Assembly (NCBI GenBank): GCA_023898585.1
Contig: CP060229.1
Coordinates: 854,587 to 918,586, forward strand
Source: Candidatus Nomurabacteria bacterium
GTDB taxonomy: Bacteria; Patescibacteriota; Minisyncoccia; Phycocordibacterales; UBA918
Reading direction: 5' to 3'
DNA length: 64,000 bases
The notes under the pieces are model-generated. The model made no database searches. It saw only the letters and a list, made by a program, of their open reading frames with translations, and was not told where the DNA came from. How positions within the stretch are numbered: position 1 is the stretch's first letter; the number at the start of each line of letters is the position of its first letter. Below, piece by piece: positions 1 through 9,145 of the stretch. The position numbers were made by a program, and so were the translations under genes.

Positions 1-288
1 GAGTGTTTCCATCTTTCTTCCGCCCGGAAAACCGGAGTAACTCTGATAAATTTCACCCTTCTTCTTGTCTGCGATATCAAGTTTGCTGACGTTTGAAATT
101 TTAACGTTTACATCAGACTTGATATTTCTTGCGTAATGCGGATCGTTTTTTCCCAACAAAACAGACGTAGCTTCTGTGGCAATTTTACCTAATCTCTTTC
201 CGGTTGCGTCTATTTCATGCACGTTACCTTCCGGTATTTGCTTACTTTCTGAAAGTTCAGCTTTCGTTTTTAAATTATCTTTAGTCAT
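1..288 (-). CDS. rplM: 50S ribosomal protein L13 (N-terminal part; gene continues beyond window start)
   Basis: Manual translation of the minus strand from ATG (revcomp of cat at 286-288): MTKDNLKTKAELSESKQIPEGNVHEIDATGKRLGKIATEATSVLLGKNDPHY...YSGFPGGRK. This matches L13 (IDATGK.LG..A......LLGK; SG.PGG.K). Not in the ORF track because it runs off the window. Confidence 0.75.
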   Translation of the reverse strand, partial: MTKDNLKTKAELSESKQIPEGNVHEIDATGKRLGKIATEATSVLLGKNDPHYARNIKSDVNVKISNVSKLDIADKKKGEIYQSYSGFPGGRKMETL

Positions 289-289
289 A

Positions 290-646
290 TTATTCCACAA
301 AAGAAATTATCGCTTCATCTCGACCCGGTGATGTGTGTCCGAGCTTTACAATGCGGGTGTAACCTCCGTTTCTGTCTTTAAATCTAGGTGCGATTTCTGA
401 AAAAAGTTTTTGCACTGTAACACCCATCGGTTCTCCTAATCGTGAAGAAACAAGTCTGCGCGCTGACACCGTATCTTTTTTGGCGTGAGTAACTAATTTT
501 TCAATGTCTGGTTGCAACTCTTTCGCTTTGGCTAGGGTGGTCTTAATCTGTTCGTCTCTTATTAAAGACACAGCCAAGCCACGCAAAAGACCTGTCCTTT
601 GACTGCGATTTCTGCTTAGTGTTCGTTTGTTGCTTCCGTGTATCAT
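290..646 (-). CDS. rplQ: 50S ribosomal protein L17
   Basis: 118-aa ORF; L17-like sequence (RLVSSRLGEP..., GYTRIVKLGHTSPGRDEAIISFVE); directly downstream of rpoA as in the alpha operon. Confidence 0.9.
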   Translation of the reverse strand: MIHGSNKRTLSRNRSQRTGLLRGLAVSLIRDEQIKTTLAKAKELQPDIEKLVTHAKKDTVSARRLVSSRLGEPMGVTVQKLFSEIAPRFKDRNGGYTRIVKLGHTSPGRDEAIISFVE

Positions 647-650
647 AAAA

Positions 651-1610
651 TTATACTTCTAGTGTTAGGTTCATTTTTGCAAGCAGAGCTTCAATTTCCT
701 CAAGTCCCTTGGGGCCGATGCCATCGAGAGCAAGAATATCATCTTTTTTCTTTCTAACAAGCCCCCCCACCGTTCGGATGCTCGCTTCCTCGAGTGCTTG
801 CAAGGTACGGCTAGTCAAATCAAGTGTTTCAATTCGTGTTTTTAACACTTCTTGATCTGGTTCTTGGGATGTTTTTTCAACTTTCTCGACCACCTCTGTC
901 ACTTTCTCGCTACGCATCTCCTGAAAACCAATAATAGCTTTAAGTTGATGGATCATTATTTCGATTGACTTTTCGAGCGCCTCGCTGGCAGAATAGGTCC
1001 CATCGGTTTCCAAGATTATTCTCAATCGATTGTAATCTGTCCTGTCTCCGACACGCATGTTTTCCACTTCATAGTTTGCTCGCCTGATCGGAGTAAACAC
1101 AGCGTCAAGAGCAATTGTACCTATCTCAACTTTGTCTTTTTGGTGAACTTCTCGTGGCACATAACCAAGACCTTTTTCAACCGAGATTTCCATATTCAAT
1201 TTAGCACTCTTGTTGGTGATCTCACAAATGTGTTGATCCTTGTTAAGAATTTCAACTTGCGTTGGAGCCTCGATATCTCCGGCCGTTACGATTCCCGATC
1301 CGGACTTTTTCAAAGTAATTTTCATCGCTTCGTCTCCGTGTAAATGAAGTCTGACTTTTCGCAGATTTAACAAAATGGTTATAACATCTTCCTTCACTCC
1401 TTCCACGGTAGAAAATTCATGCTCGACACCATCGATTTTGACTTGTGTAATGGCAGCTCCCGGTAATGACGAAAGGATGATTCTTCTTAATGAATTACCA
1501 AGCGTGTGACCGTATCCAGGATATAGACCGTCAATCTCAAAAATACCTAAGTTGTCTTCTTCTGACACAACTCGTGGTTTTGACGGTAAAGTTACATTTG
1601 TTTCCAACAT
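651..1610 (-). CDS. rpoA: DNA-directed RNA polymerase subunit alpha
   Basis: 319 aa; N-terminal dimerisation-domain motifs ([35 protein letters not shown]) and a C-terminal alpha-CTD helix-hairpin-helix ([22 protein letters not shown]); position between rpsD and rplQ. Confidence 0.92.
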   Translation of the reverse strand: [319 protein letters not shown]

Positions 1611-1647
1611 AATTTATGAATGTAATTATTATTTGTAAACTCTTATC

Positions 1648-2259
1648 CTATCGACTGTAGTATTGCATCACTTGTTCCGGATCAAACAATGACTCTGCCG
1701 GGTTGTACACAGGTGCGGTTTTTATCACTCCTTCCATCTTTTTAACATCAAACGAAGCCCAAGCCGGTACACCGACCGCTTCGTGGGTCTCGCTTAAGTT
1801 GACGAAGAGGCCGGTTTGACGACTACCTTCGCGGACTGTCAAAACGTCACCAACCTTTACCTTATGGGAAGGTATGGTCATTCTTTTGCCGTTTACACAG
1901 ATATGTCCGTGAGAAGTCATTTGTCTTGCTAGGCGACGTGTTTTAGCAAGGCCCAGTCTGTAAACAATATTGTCGAGACGTGATTCCAGACGATCCATCA
2001 AAATGGCAACTGGTTGATTGCTTTTTTCTACCGCATCGTCGACGTATCTCCTCAACTGTTTTTCTGACAGCCCGTAGGTCATGCGCATTTTTTGTTTTTC
2101 GAGCAATTGTCGTTTGTAATCACTCATTTGACCCGGGCGTCTAGCATTTCGTTGATTGGCGCTTCTGGCCACCGATAACTCAAACTTTTGGGTTTGCGTT
2201 TTTTCAAATATTGGTGAGCCAAGTCTCTTGGCAATTTTAAATTTTGGTCCTATTTTCAT
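1648..2259 (-). CDS. rpsD: 30S ribosomal protein S4 (Cys-less form)
   Basis: 203 aa; S4 signature (MKIGPKFKIAKRLG..., S4 RNA-binding domain RLDNIVYRLGLAKTRRLARQMTSHGHICVNGKRMTIPSHKVKVGDVL). Confidence 0.9.
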   Translation of the reverse strand: MKIGPKFKIAKRLGSPIFEKTQTQKFELSVARSANQRNARRPGQMSDYKRQLLEKQKMRMTYGLSEKQLRRYVDDAVEKSNQPVAILMDRLESRLDNIVYRLGLAKTRRLARQMTSHGHICVNGKRMTIPSHKVKVGDVLTVREGSRQTGLFVNLSETHEAVGVPAWASFDVKKMEGVIKTAPVYNPAESLFDPEQVMQYYSR

Positions 2260-2268
2260 ATGTTAAAA

Positions 2269-2700
2269 CTATACTCGACGAGATTTCGGTGGACGTGGTC
2301 CATTAAACGGTACTGGAGTTTTGTCAGTAATTCTTGAAACGTTTATACCTTTTCCAGTAAATGCGCGTAAGGCTGATTCTCGACCGGCACCAACACCACG
2401 CACTATAACATTAGCTTCCTTCATTCCCATTTGCTGAGCTTTGTCTCCAATAATTTCTCCCACTTTGGCGGCGGCAAATGGTGTGCTTTTTCTTGAACCT
2501 TTGAAACCAAGAGCTCCACTAGAAGCAGACATCACCGCATTACCTTTCTCGTCACACAAAGTCACGAGTGTGTTATTAAAAGTGGCCAGAATGTTTAATG
2601 TTCCGTTTGCTAGCTTCTTTTTAGGGATTCGGTTGAGGGCTCTTGAAGTACCCGCAATATCAGAACCTCCACTTTTTTTCATTATACGTTTCTTACCCAT
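2269..2700 (-). CDS. rpsK: 30S ribosomal protein S11
   Basis: 143 aa; S11 core (ANVIVRGVGAGRESALRAFTGKGINVSRITDKTPVPFNGPRPPKSRRV). Confidence 0.9.
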   Translation of the reverse strand: MGKKRIMKKSGGSDIAGTSRALNRIPKKKLANGTLNILATFNNTLVTLCDEKGNAVMSASSGALGFKGSRKSTPFAAAKVGEIIGDKAQQMGMKEANVIVRGVGAGRESALRAFTGKGINVSRITDKTPVPFNGPRPPKSRRV

Positions 2701-2731
2701 ATGTCGTACGTTTATGAATTATTAATAATAA

Positions 2732-3109
2732 CTATGTCTTCTCTAACTTACGTTTTCCACTTCCCATTGTCTTCTTAGCACCTTTGAGAGTTCTAGCGTT
2801 TGTTTTTGAACGCTGTCCGCGTGCGGGGAGTCTTTTGGTATGGCGAGAACCACGATAGGAGCTGATGTCTTTTAACCGTTTAATGTTGTTTGTCACTTGA
2901 CGTCTTAGTTCCCCTTCGATGGTAAATGATTCTACTTTTTCTCGGATCTGATTTTCTTCCTCAGTCGTTAGTTCTGTCGCTTTTTTTGAGCTTTCAATCG
3001 AAAGTCCCTGCAAAATTTCTTTTGAACGTGACAAACCAATACCGTACACGGCAGTTAGTGCGTAAGAAAGTTGTTTTTCGTCTGGAATTGTAATACCGGA
3101 AATTCTCAT
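2732..3109 (-). CDS. rpsM: 30S ribosomal protein S13
   Basis: 125 aa; starts MRISGITIPDEKQLSYALTAVYGIGLSRSKEIL..., Lys/Arg-rich C-terminus typical of S13. Confidence 0.9.
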   Translation of the reverse strand: MRISGITIPDEKQLSYALTAVYGIGLSRSKEILQGLSIESSKKATELTTEEENQIREKVESFTIEGELRRQVTNNIKRLKDISSYRGSRHTKRLPARGQRSKTNARTLKGAKKTMGSGKRKLEKT

Positions 3110-3123
3110 AATAATATTAAAAC

Positions 3124-3240
3124 TTAACCCTGTCGTTGCTTATGTCTTGGTTTTTTCTTGTTTATCACAAACACAACACCACGTCGTTTGACGACCTTAT
3201 CATCCGGACTCATTTTTTTAACTGATGACCTAACTTTCAT
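3124..3240 (-). CDS. rpmJ: 50S ribosomal protein L36, zinc-independent (Cys-less) variant
   Basis: 38-codon ORF found by manual reverse-complement translation, missed by the >=60-aa ORF track: [38 protein letters not shown]. Aligns with canonical L36 [37 protein letters not shown], but the three Zn-ligand Cys are replaced (C11M, C14D, C27N). Sits between infA and rpsM as expected. Confidence 0.7.
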   Translation of the reverse strand: MKVRSSVKKMSPDDKVVKRRGVVFVINKKKPRHKQRQG

Positions 3241-3250
3241 AAATAATTAT

Positions 3251-3478
3251 TTAAAGACGTTTAGTGATCCTCGCTTTTCCCCCATAAGGGTCAATGACCA
3301 TACCCACTTTGTCTCCGACCAGTACCCGTATGCGAAAACGTCGCATACGTCCAGCTAAGTACGCAAGTATTGTCTCTTTTGATTCTTCTAGAACTACACG
3401 GAACATTGCATTAGGGAGTGCTTCTTCCACAATGCCATACACTAAATCATCTTTTACGGTTGATGTCTCTTGATCCAT
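3251..3478 (-). CDS. infA: Translation initiation factor IF-1
   Basis: 75 aa; S1-like OB fold with IF-1 motifs ([18 protein letters not shown]...[20 protein letters not shown]...DPYG..KARI). Confidence 0.9.
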   Translation of the reverse strand: MDQETSTVKDDLVYGIVEEALPNAMFRVVLEESKETILAYLAGRMRRFRIRVLVGDKVGMVIDPYGGKARITKRL

Positions 3479-3565
3479 TAAACGAGGCTGAGTCTAACAA
3501 AAATACCGACTCACGTCAACTGTATATACTAGCCATGTGCTGTGGATAATTAAATAAAGGAAATT

Positions 3566-4900
3566 CTACTCTTGCCCATCCTTCAATTCTTCAATAATCA
3601 TTATTTCTTCAGCGTTATCGGGGAAAGATCTTTTCCAGAAAGGGGTAATACGGACGCTGGCACTGTCTATGCCGGAATAAGCCAATATCGCATTATGGAT
3701 TGCTGTTCTTGGTAATCCAGCCAAATCCTTGGTGAGCTTATTGACGTCATACTCCCAGACTAGTAGAGGTTTGCCTGTTAAATTAAACTTCAAGGAGGGT
3801 TCGTTGGCGATAACGCTGGAGCTGGTCGTTGGTGATGTATATCTGAACGAAAGAGCGTTCGGGTCATCTACTCTTACTTGATCACCGCTATATGTAGGGA
3901 TGGTTTCTCTTGCTAAGAATGACCCGAAATCCTTGGAATCAAAAAGAGGGATTTGCAATATCGCTTGCTCTTTTATCGTAACAAGGTCTTTTCCGTACTC
4001 GACAGCGGGAAGCTGGTTGTATGTTATTGCCACTGCATCTTGAAAAGCGATAAAATCAGCCGGTTTTTCGTTCTGGATTCTTGCTAGCAGGTTGTTGCGC
4101 AGGTCTATCTGTAATGCCTGTCTTGCAGTTTCAAGCGTACTGGTTCCGATTTGGAATTGTAGTCCGTCAAAGCCGTTGGTAAAAGGTTCTCTGTTTCTGG
4201 CAGAGATAGCTTTGAAAAGCTCGGTATAACCACCCTCTTCGAAGCCGGGTACATCAAAAGTCGTACCAGCCTTAATATTGTAGGTTTCTCCGACATCCTC
4301 GGCAAAAACCTCGGCTTGGATCGTACCGGGAACACTTGCACCATCATTATCCTTAACTGCACCGGGGACAACCACCGAATCCTTTATTTTAAATATCAAA
4401 CCTTCTGGTGTACGGAAGCGTGTGTTGGTGATAAGTCTCTCTGCTCCAGGGGTGGTTTTTATGATCTCTATGACTCCGGTAGCTTGTTCCTTTACTTGCA
4501 CTTGACCGGTTGCTTCGACTTGACTTTCGCTCGTTGCCTCAAGAGTCATTATTTCGTAACTCAACTCCCCGTCTCGTTTGTCGGGATAAGCCACAAAATC
4601 TGCATTAACATTTGGTTGGCGGTGTTTGGGATGAATTGTCAGTTCGGTTTTACCCAAAAGCGCACTCAAGCCGACAGCCGTACCAACTATAAACACAAAT
4701 AGAACAATTGACAGTATCAGTCTATTTCTGCCATTTTTATTACCGTCTTCTATCACAATACTTGGTATATCTTCCCGACTGGCTATTTCCGGTCGTGGCA
4801 CTTGTGGTTGTGCCGAAAGATCTGTCGTCGGTTGTAGGTAACTTCTTTTTTTTCTTGGTTGAGCGGGACGGATGTCCTGCAAATTCCATTTTTGTGACAT
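3566..4900 (-). CDS. Hypothetical membrane-anchored extracytoplasmic protein
   Basis: 444 aa; basic N-terminus then one TM helix (LILSIVLFVFIVGTAVGLSALL) and a large beta-rich ectodomain; no recognisable catalytic motif. Confidence 0.5.
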   Translation of the reverse strand: MSQKWNLQDIRPAQPRKKRSYLQPTTDLSAQPQVPRPEIASREDIPSIVIEDGNKNGRNRLILSIVLFVFIVGTAVGLSALLGKTELTIHPKHRQPNVNADFVAYPDKRDGELSYEIMTLEATSESQVEATGQVQVKEQATGVIEIIKTTPGAERLITNTRFRTPEGLIFKIKDSVVVPGAVKDNDGASVPGTIQAEVFAEDVGETYNIKAGTTFDVPGFEEGGYTELFKAISARNREPFTNGFDGLQFQIGTSTLETARQALQIDLRNNLLARIQNEKPADFIAFQDAVAITYNQLPAVEYGKDLVTIKEQAILQIPLFDSKDFGSFLARETIPTYSGDQVRVDDPNALSFRYTSPTTSSSVIANEPSLKFNLTGKPLLVWEYDVNKLTKDLAGLPRTAIHNAILAYSGIDSASVRITPFWKRSFPDNAEEIMIIEELKDGQE

Positions 4901-4923
4901 ATTTATATTCTACAGTATAGCTC

Positions 4924-6156
4924 CTAGAAATACTCAAATGACCTGGTTTTTTCCTGAGTGTGGAAAAACATGGCAGATAAAAGCAGGGCTGTGTCATTGG
5001 GGATAGTTTGTGGCGATCCCTTGGTCGTCTCCTCATAGGTGCGACTAATAATTTCTTTAGACATGGGAATAATGTTCGGCTCTGCTTTGATGGTGCGTTT
5101 TACGGCTTTTCCAAGTAGTTCTGTAAAAACGGGCTCGCTTCCCAAGTCAACATGAAGTGACAGACGCCTGGGAATAGAGAGAGTATCTCCTGTTTCGTGG
5201 AAAAGAGTCGCGATGCGGTCTACATATGCTTCGAACATGTTTTCGACTTCTTTTCTTTTTTGTGCGTTGAGTGTCTTTGTAAAACTGAAAGGAGCTTCTG
5301 AGTGTAGGTAACCAAAAGCTTCGTGTAGAGGCGCGCCGGTAATGCTTGATATTTCTCTTGCTAGAGAAAAGTAACCAAACGGCGTGTGGGTGCAATAGGT
5401 TAAAACTCCATCTCGCATGATGCCAATTTCACTGGCTTCATAGGTGATGTCAACCAAACACAGATCATATGTTTCCGGAAAAAGTTCTTTGGTGACTGCG
5501 TAAAGCATGAGCATGAAAGAAAGCTTTTTAGACTTAGTGCCAGCAAACAACTTGTCACGCATTTCGTCAATGGCGTCTGATACGTATTTCTGGGCAACAA
5601 CGCTGGTATGCGAAAGGGTTAATGAATCAGATTTTCCTCCTTCGGGGTGTTTGATTCTGTATCCGCTTGTTAACATTTCCATATTGGCGCGAGTGATTAC
5701 GGTAAGGCCAAGGTTGTACGCCATTTCATCCTCCTTAAGGTCTTCTTTAATTTTGTTTTGGATGGTTCTCGTGAGCTCGTCTACCAGCTCTTCTGTTATT
5801 ACGAATTTTTTCTCCTGTTTATAATTTATGGTCTTTGTAACAGTGTATGACCAAGGGGCTGCTATTCCACATTGTAACTCGGTCAATTTGGCGCTCTTGT
5901 CGTAGTCAAACAAAACTTTTCTTCCCTCACCGTCTAACATCATTGAGGCATTAACCAAGGCTGTCATAACAGCTTTCGCGCTTTGTTCGAGTGAATCAAT
6001 ATTTCTAAGTGGAGCATGTTCGCGATGTGCCCAGATGATGTCGGGGTGTTTTTGAGCTGGGGCGGAACGAATAATTGCTACCAGCACACTACCGGAACCA
6101 ACGTCAATAAGTACCCCATACCGTTCGGATGATTTAGACATCCCAAAAAATGACAT
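4924..6156 (-). CDS. Actin-like (ASKHA) ATPase, FtsA/PilM-like
   Basis: 410 aa; N-terminal phosphate-1 motif (GVLIDVGSGSVLVAII) and a second DxxxE/G region (LVDITYEASEIGIMRDG) arranged as in FtsA/PilM/Hsp70-fold ATPases; exact family unresolved. Confidence 0.4.
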   Translation of the reverse strand: MSFFGMSKSSERYGVLIDVGSGSVLVAIIRSAPAQKHPDIIWAHREHAPLRNIDSLEQSAKAVMTALVNASMMLDGEGRKVLFDYDKSAKLTELQCGIAAPWSYTVTKTINYKQEKKFVITEELVDELTRTIQNKIKEDLKEDEMAYNLGLTVITRANMEMLTSGYRIKHPEGGKSDSLTLSHTSVVAQKYVSDAIDEMRDKLFAGTKSKKLSFMLMLYAVTKELFPETYDLCLVDITYEASEIGIMRDGVLTYCTHTPFGYFSLAREISSITGAPLHEAFGYLHSEAPFSFTKTLNAQKRKEVENMFEAYVDRIATLFHETGDTLSIPRRLSLHVDLGSEPVFTELLGKAVKRTIKAEPNIIPMSKEIISRTYEETTKGSPQTIPNDTALLLSAMFFHTQEKTRSFEYF

Positions 6157-6221
6157 GCATACAGTATAACAGGTGTTATTTGTCTAAGTGGAGTTTCTGA
6201 AGCGGGTAGGAAGTGGATAGC

Positions 6222-6254
6222 TAAAAAGCCTCCCTGTTTTTATGCAGGAAGGCT
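6222..6254 (-). terminator. Rho-independent terminator after the 87-aa ORF
   Basis: Stem agcctccctg/caggaaggct (9 of 10 bp) followed on the minus strand by a U-run (A-run 6223-6227 on the plus strand). Confidence 0.45.
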
Positions 6255-6276
6255 TCGCAACAATTAACAAATTAAT

Positions 6277-6540
6277 TCATCTGCTTCCAAGCCACTCGCC
6301 AAGTTCGATGAGAAGACGTCTTCTTTTCACAGCTTCAACTGCCTGATTCAAAACCACTCTTTGGTGTTCTTTGCCGGACATAAGGAGCTCCACAACTTCT
6401 TGAGCTGAAAGTGAAAATTCGGATAGTATTCCCAAAACTTCGTACCTTTCATTTTTTAGAAAATTTTCAACATCAACACCAATTTGCTCGAAAGAAGCGA
6501 TTATTTTTGTGCGTAATTCTTCCGGTATTTTGTCTGTCAC
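6277..6540 (-). CDS. Hypothetical small helical protein
   Basis: 87-aa ORF immediately downstream of alaS with coding-like composition; no recognisable motif. An intrinsic terminator follows it. Confidence 0.35.
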   Translation of the reverse strand: MTDKIPEELRTKIIASFEQIGVDVENFLKNERYEVLGILSEFSLSAQEVVELLMSGKEHQRVVLNQAVEAVKRRRLLIELGEWLGSR

Positions 6541-6605
6541 GCTAACCCCCTTACTATGCTAATGGATTAAGTTTATCAGTACTTTCTCCAAAATACCACA
6601 GTATT

Positions 6606-8612
6606 TTAGAAAATCAAGGCGGGCTGATCCTCATGCAACACAGCCTTAATGCGACGAACTCCGGCTGATGAAGACTCTTCTTTGTTTATTTTGAACGTAC
6701 CTTTGATTTCCGTGAAATTATTCACATGCGGACCTCCGCAAAGCTCACGCGAAAAAACTGTGCCGTCACTTCCGGTCATGGTATAGACTTTGACTTCGTC
6801 CGGGTAACGATCCCAAAAACTACCTTCGATAGTCGAGTCTTTCTGGGCTTTGTCTTTGGTCATAGTTTCGATCGTGACTTCACCACCTGTTTTGATGGCG
6901 TCGTTAACCCAATCCTCAACTTCTTTCAGGGTCTCCGGGGTTAATTTTTCTGGATGGTAAAAGTCATAGCGTAGTCGCTCACCGGTAATATTGGAGCCCG
7001 CCTGGTGTACATGACTGCCAAGAATTTCACGTAGCGCAGCGAGCATAAGGTGAGTTGTAGTGTGGTACTGAATGGTTTTTTCACCTTGGTCAGCCAATCC
7101 GCCTTTAAACTTCTGCTCTGCTCCGGAGCGTGACTTCTCACGGTGCTCTGCCATGAGTTTCTCAAAACCGTGTCGATCGACAATTAAACCTTTTTCCATA
7201 GCAATTTCTTCGGTAAGCTCAATCGGAAAACCGTAGGTAGTGAAGAGGTCGAAGGCGTTTTTAGCGGAAATCGCCTTCTTTGCCTTGGCGTTTTCTTTAT
7301 CGAGTACTTTTTTTCCGTTAAGTTCCTTGGTATTAACGTGAATTTGTAATTCAATTTTGTTGAACTGTTTTAAGCCGTTTTCCAAAGTCTTACGAAACTG
7401 AACTTCTTCTTGCTCGATTGTAGCCATAATTTCCTTTCGATTAATCGAAAGGTTTTTGTAGTGTTCTTGATAAGATTCAATAACACTCTTAGCAAGCTCG
7501 GGGAATTTTCCGGCCGGCACCCCTAGGATGTCAGCATAGCGTACAGCTCGACGAAGGAGACGGCGTACAAAGTAACCCTGCTCGGTGTTGCTTGGCAAAA
7601 TACCATCGCCGATCATAAAGACCGCCCCTCGTATATGGTCGGTTACAATCCGAAATGCTTCTTTTGTTTTTGTACAAGAATCATAGTCTTTGTCATGACT
7701 AAGTTCACCTTTTACAAATTCATACTTTTTACCGGATAGTTCTGCAATTTGTTGAATGGTGTTCCAAAGGAGATCGACTTTGAATACATCATTGTTATTG
7801 ATAGTCGAGGCGACAATGCGTTCGAGTCCTCCACCGAAATCTACATTTCGTTTTGGTAGCTTTTCAAAACCGGTTTCAGTTTTGATGTACTCCATAAAGA
7901 CGGAATTTCCGATTTCCAAAAAACGTCCGCAATCACAGTTCGGATGACAGTGTTTACCGAATTCAGGATTGTGTTCAGTTCCAAAATCGTAAAAGACTTC
8001 ACTGTCCGGCCCACCGATTTCACCGATTGGCATTTTTTCCGGCTTGCCTGAGCGACTCCACCAGTTTTTGCTTGAATCATAATAAAAAATACGCTCATGC
8101 TCCTTCATTCCTCGCTCGCCTCCTTCCTTCTCAGACCCCATTTCTGCCACCCCATTACTGATGCCTCGTTCATTCAAAATTTTCTTCCATATCTCTACCG
8201 CCTCCGTATCTTTTGGTACACCAACCGAACTGTCTCCTTGAAATACTGTCACATAAATTTTGTTCGGATCCAGTCCTACTTCATCCACGAGAAAGGAATA
8301 AAACCAAGGTAATTGTTCGCTCTTGAAGTAATCACCAAGCGACCAATTACCGAGCATTTCAAAAAAGGTGGTGTGGCGGTTGTCGCCTACCTCATCAATA
8401 TCCTCAGCCCGGAAGCATTTTTGGGAGTTGGTGAGACGCACCCCTTTGGGGTGCGTCTCACCCATAAGATAAGGCACCAACGGTTGCATTCCACTACCAT
8501 TGAAAAGCGTAGTCGGATCATTTTCCGGAACCAGTCCGGCGGAAGGGATTACAGCATGGCCGTTCTTAGCCATAAAATCCAAATACTTTTTTCTGATATC
8601 GTTGCCCGTCAT
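6606..8612 (-). CDS. alaS: Alanine--tRNA ligase, short form (catalytic + tRNA-recognition + editing domains; no C-Ala domain)
   Basis: 668 aa; class II motifs (FTNAGM-like: TLFNGSGMQP, FRAEDIDEVGDNRHTTFFEMLGNWSLGDYFK) and editing-domain zinc motifs HTTTHLM...CGGPHV near the C-terminus; the protein ends right after the editing domain. Confidence 0.9.
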   Translation of the reverse strand: MTGNDIRKKYLDFMAKNGHAVIPSAGLVPENDPTTLFNGSGMQPLVPYLMGETHPKGVRLTNSQKCFRAEDIDEVGDNRHTTFFEMLGNWSLGDYFKSEQLPWFYSFLVDEVGLDPNKIYVTVFQGDSSVGVPKDTEAVEIWKKILNERGISNGVAEMGSEKEGGERGMKEHERIFYYDSSKNWWSRSGKPEKMPIGEIGGPDSEVFYDFGTEHNPEFGKHCHPNCDCGRFLEIGNSVFMEYIKTETGFEKLPKRNVDFGGGLERIVASTINNNDVFKVDLLWNTIQQIAELSGKKYEFVKGELSHDKDYDSCTKTKEAFRIVTDHIRGAVFMIGDGILPSNTEQGYFVRRLLRRAVRYADILGVPAGKFPELAKSVIESYQEHYKNLSINRKEIMATIEQEEVQFRKTLENGLKQFNKIELQIHVNTKELNGKKVLDKENAKAKKAISAKNAFDLFTTYGFPIELTEEIAMEKGLIVDRHGFEKLMAEHREKSRSGAEQKFKGGLADQGEKTIQYHTTTHLMLAALREILGSHVHQAGSNITGERLRYDFYHPEKLTPETLKEVEDWVNDAIKTGGEVTIETMTKDKAQKDSTIEGSFWDRYPDEVKVYTMTGSDGTVFSRELCGGPHVNNFTEIKGTFKINKEESSSAGVRRIKAVLHEDQPALIF

Positions 8613-8837
8613 AAGCTATGTTTTATAAAATAATACAGACATTGAATATAACAAATTAAACCGAGACGTCTAGAGCGTGTTCCCTAACCCCTAATTTTTG
8701 CGTTGTCTGCATCTCGATATGTCCACTGTAAGTCCATATGCTTTCCACCACCTCGATTAATGTCTTGAAAATGTGAATCAGAGACATACTTTGGCTGATG
8801 TTGTGACTAAAACCCACTGTCAGAAAACCCTCACTTT

Positions 8838-9113
8838 TCATTGTGACATAATAACCGACGCTTTGATGGCACAGTCAACACCGTGGCAAGTCAACATTTC
8901 TACAAAATCGTAGAAATAAATCTCCATAAAATAACCACCAACAATCAAAAGTATTCCGGTTAAAGTCAAAGTTCTTTCGAAGTGAAAAGATTGCAACACT
9001 TTGCGATCAAATCGTTTGTGATGAGCCAATTCAGTGTGGGCAACCAAAACTCCTATTGCCAACAGAACCTTGCCTATAACTCCAATAGTTAACGCCCAAA
9101 ATAACAAATTCAT
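8838..9113 (-). CDS. Hypothetical small membrane protein
   Basis: 91 aa with two predicted TM helices (LLFWALTIGVIGKVLLAIGVLV; LTLTGILLIVGGYFM); coding call is tentative. Confidence 0.3.
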   Translation of the reverse strand: MNLLFWALTIGVIGKVLLAIGVLVAHTELAHHKRFDRKVLQSFHFERTLTLTGILLIVGGYFMEIYFYDFVEMLTCHGVDCAIKASVIMSQ

Positions 9114-9145
9114 ACAAAGCTATTATAGCTCGGTATAAAATGGAA

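Noticed and set aside
8656-8841. 61-aa ORF between alaS and the small membrane protein.
   Set aside because: No motif, a weak start context, and overlap with a neighbouring ORF. Not called.
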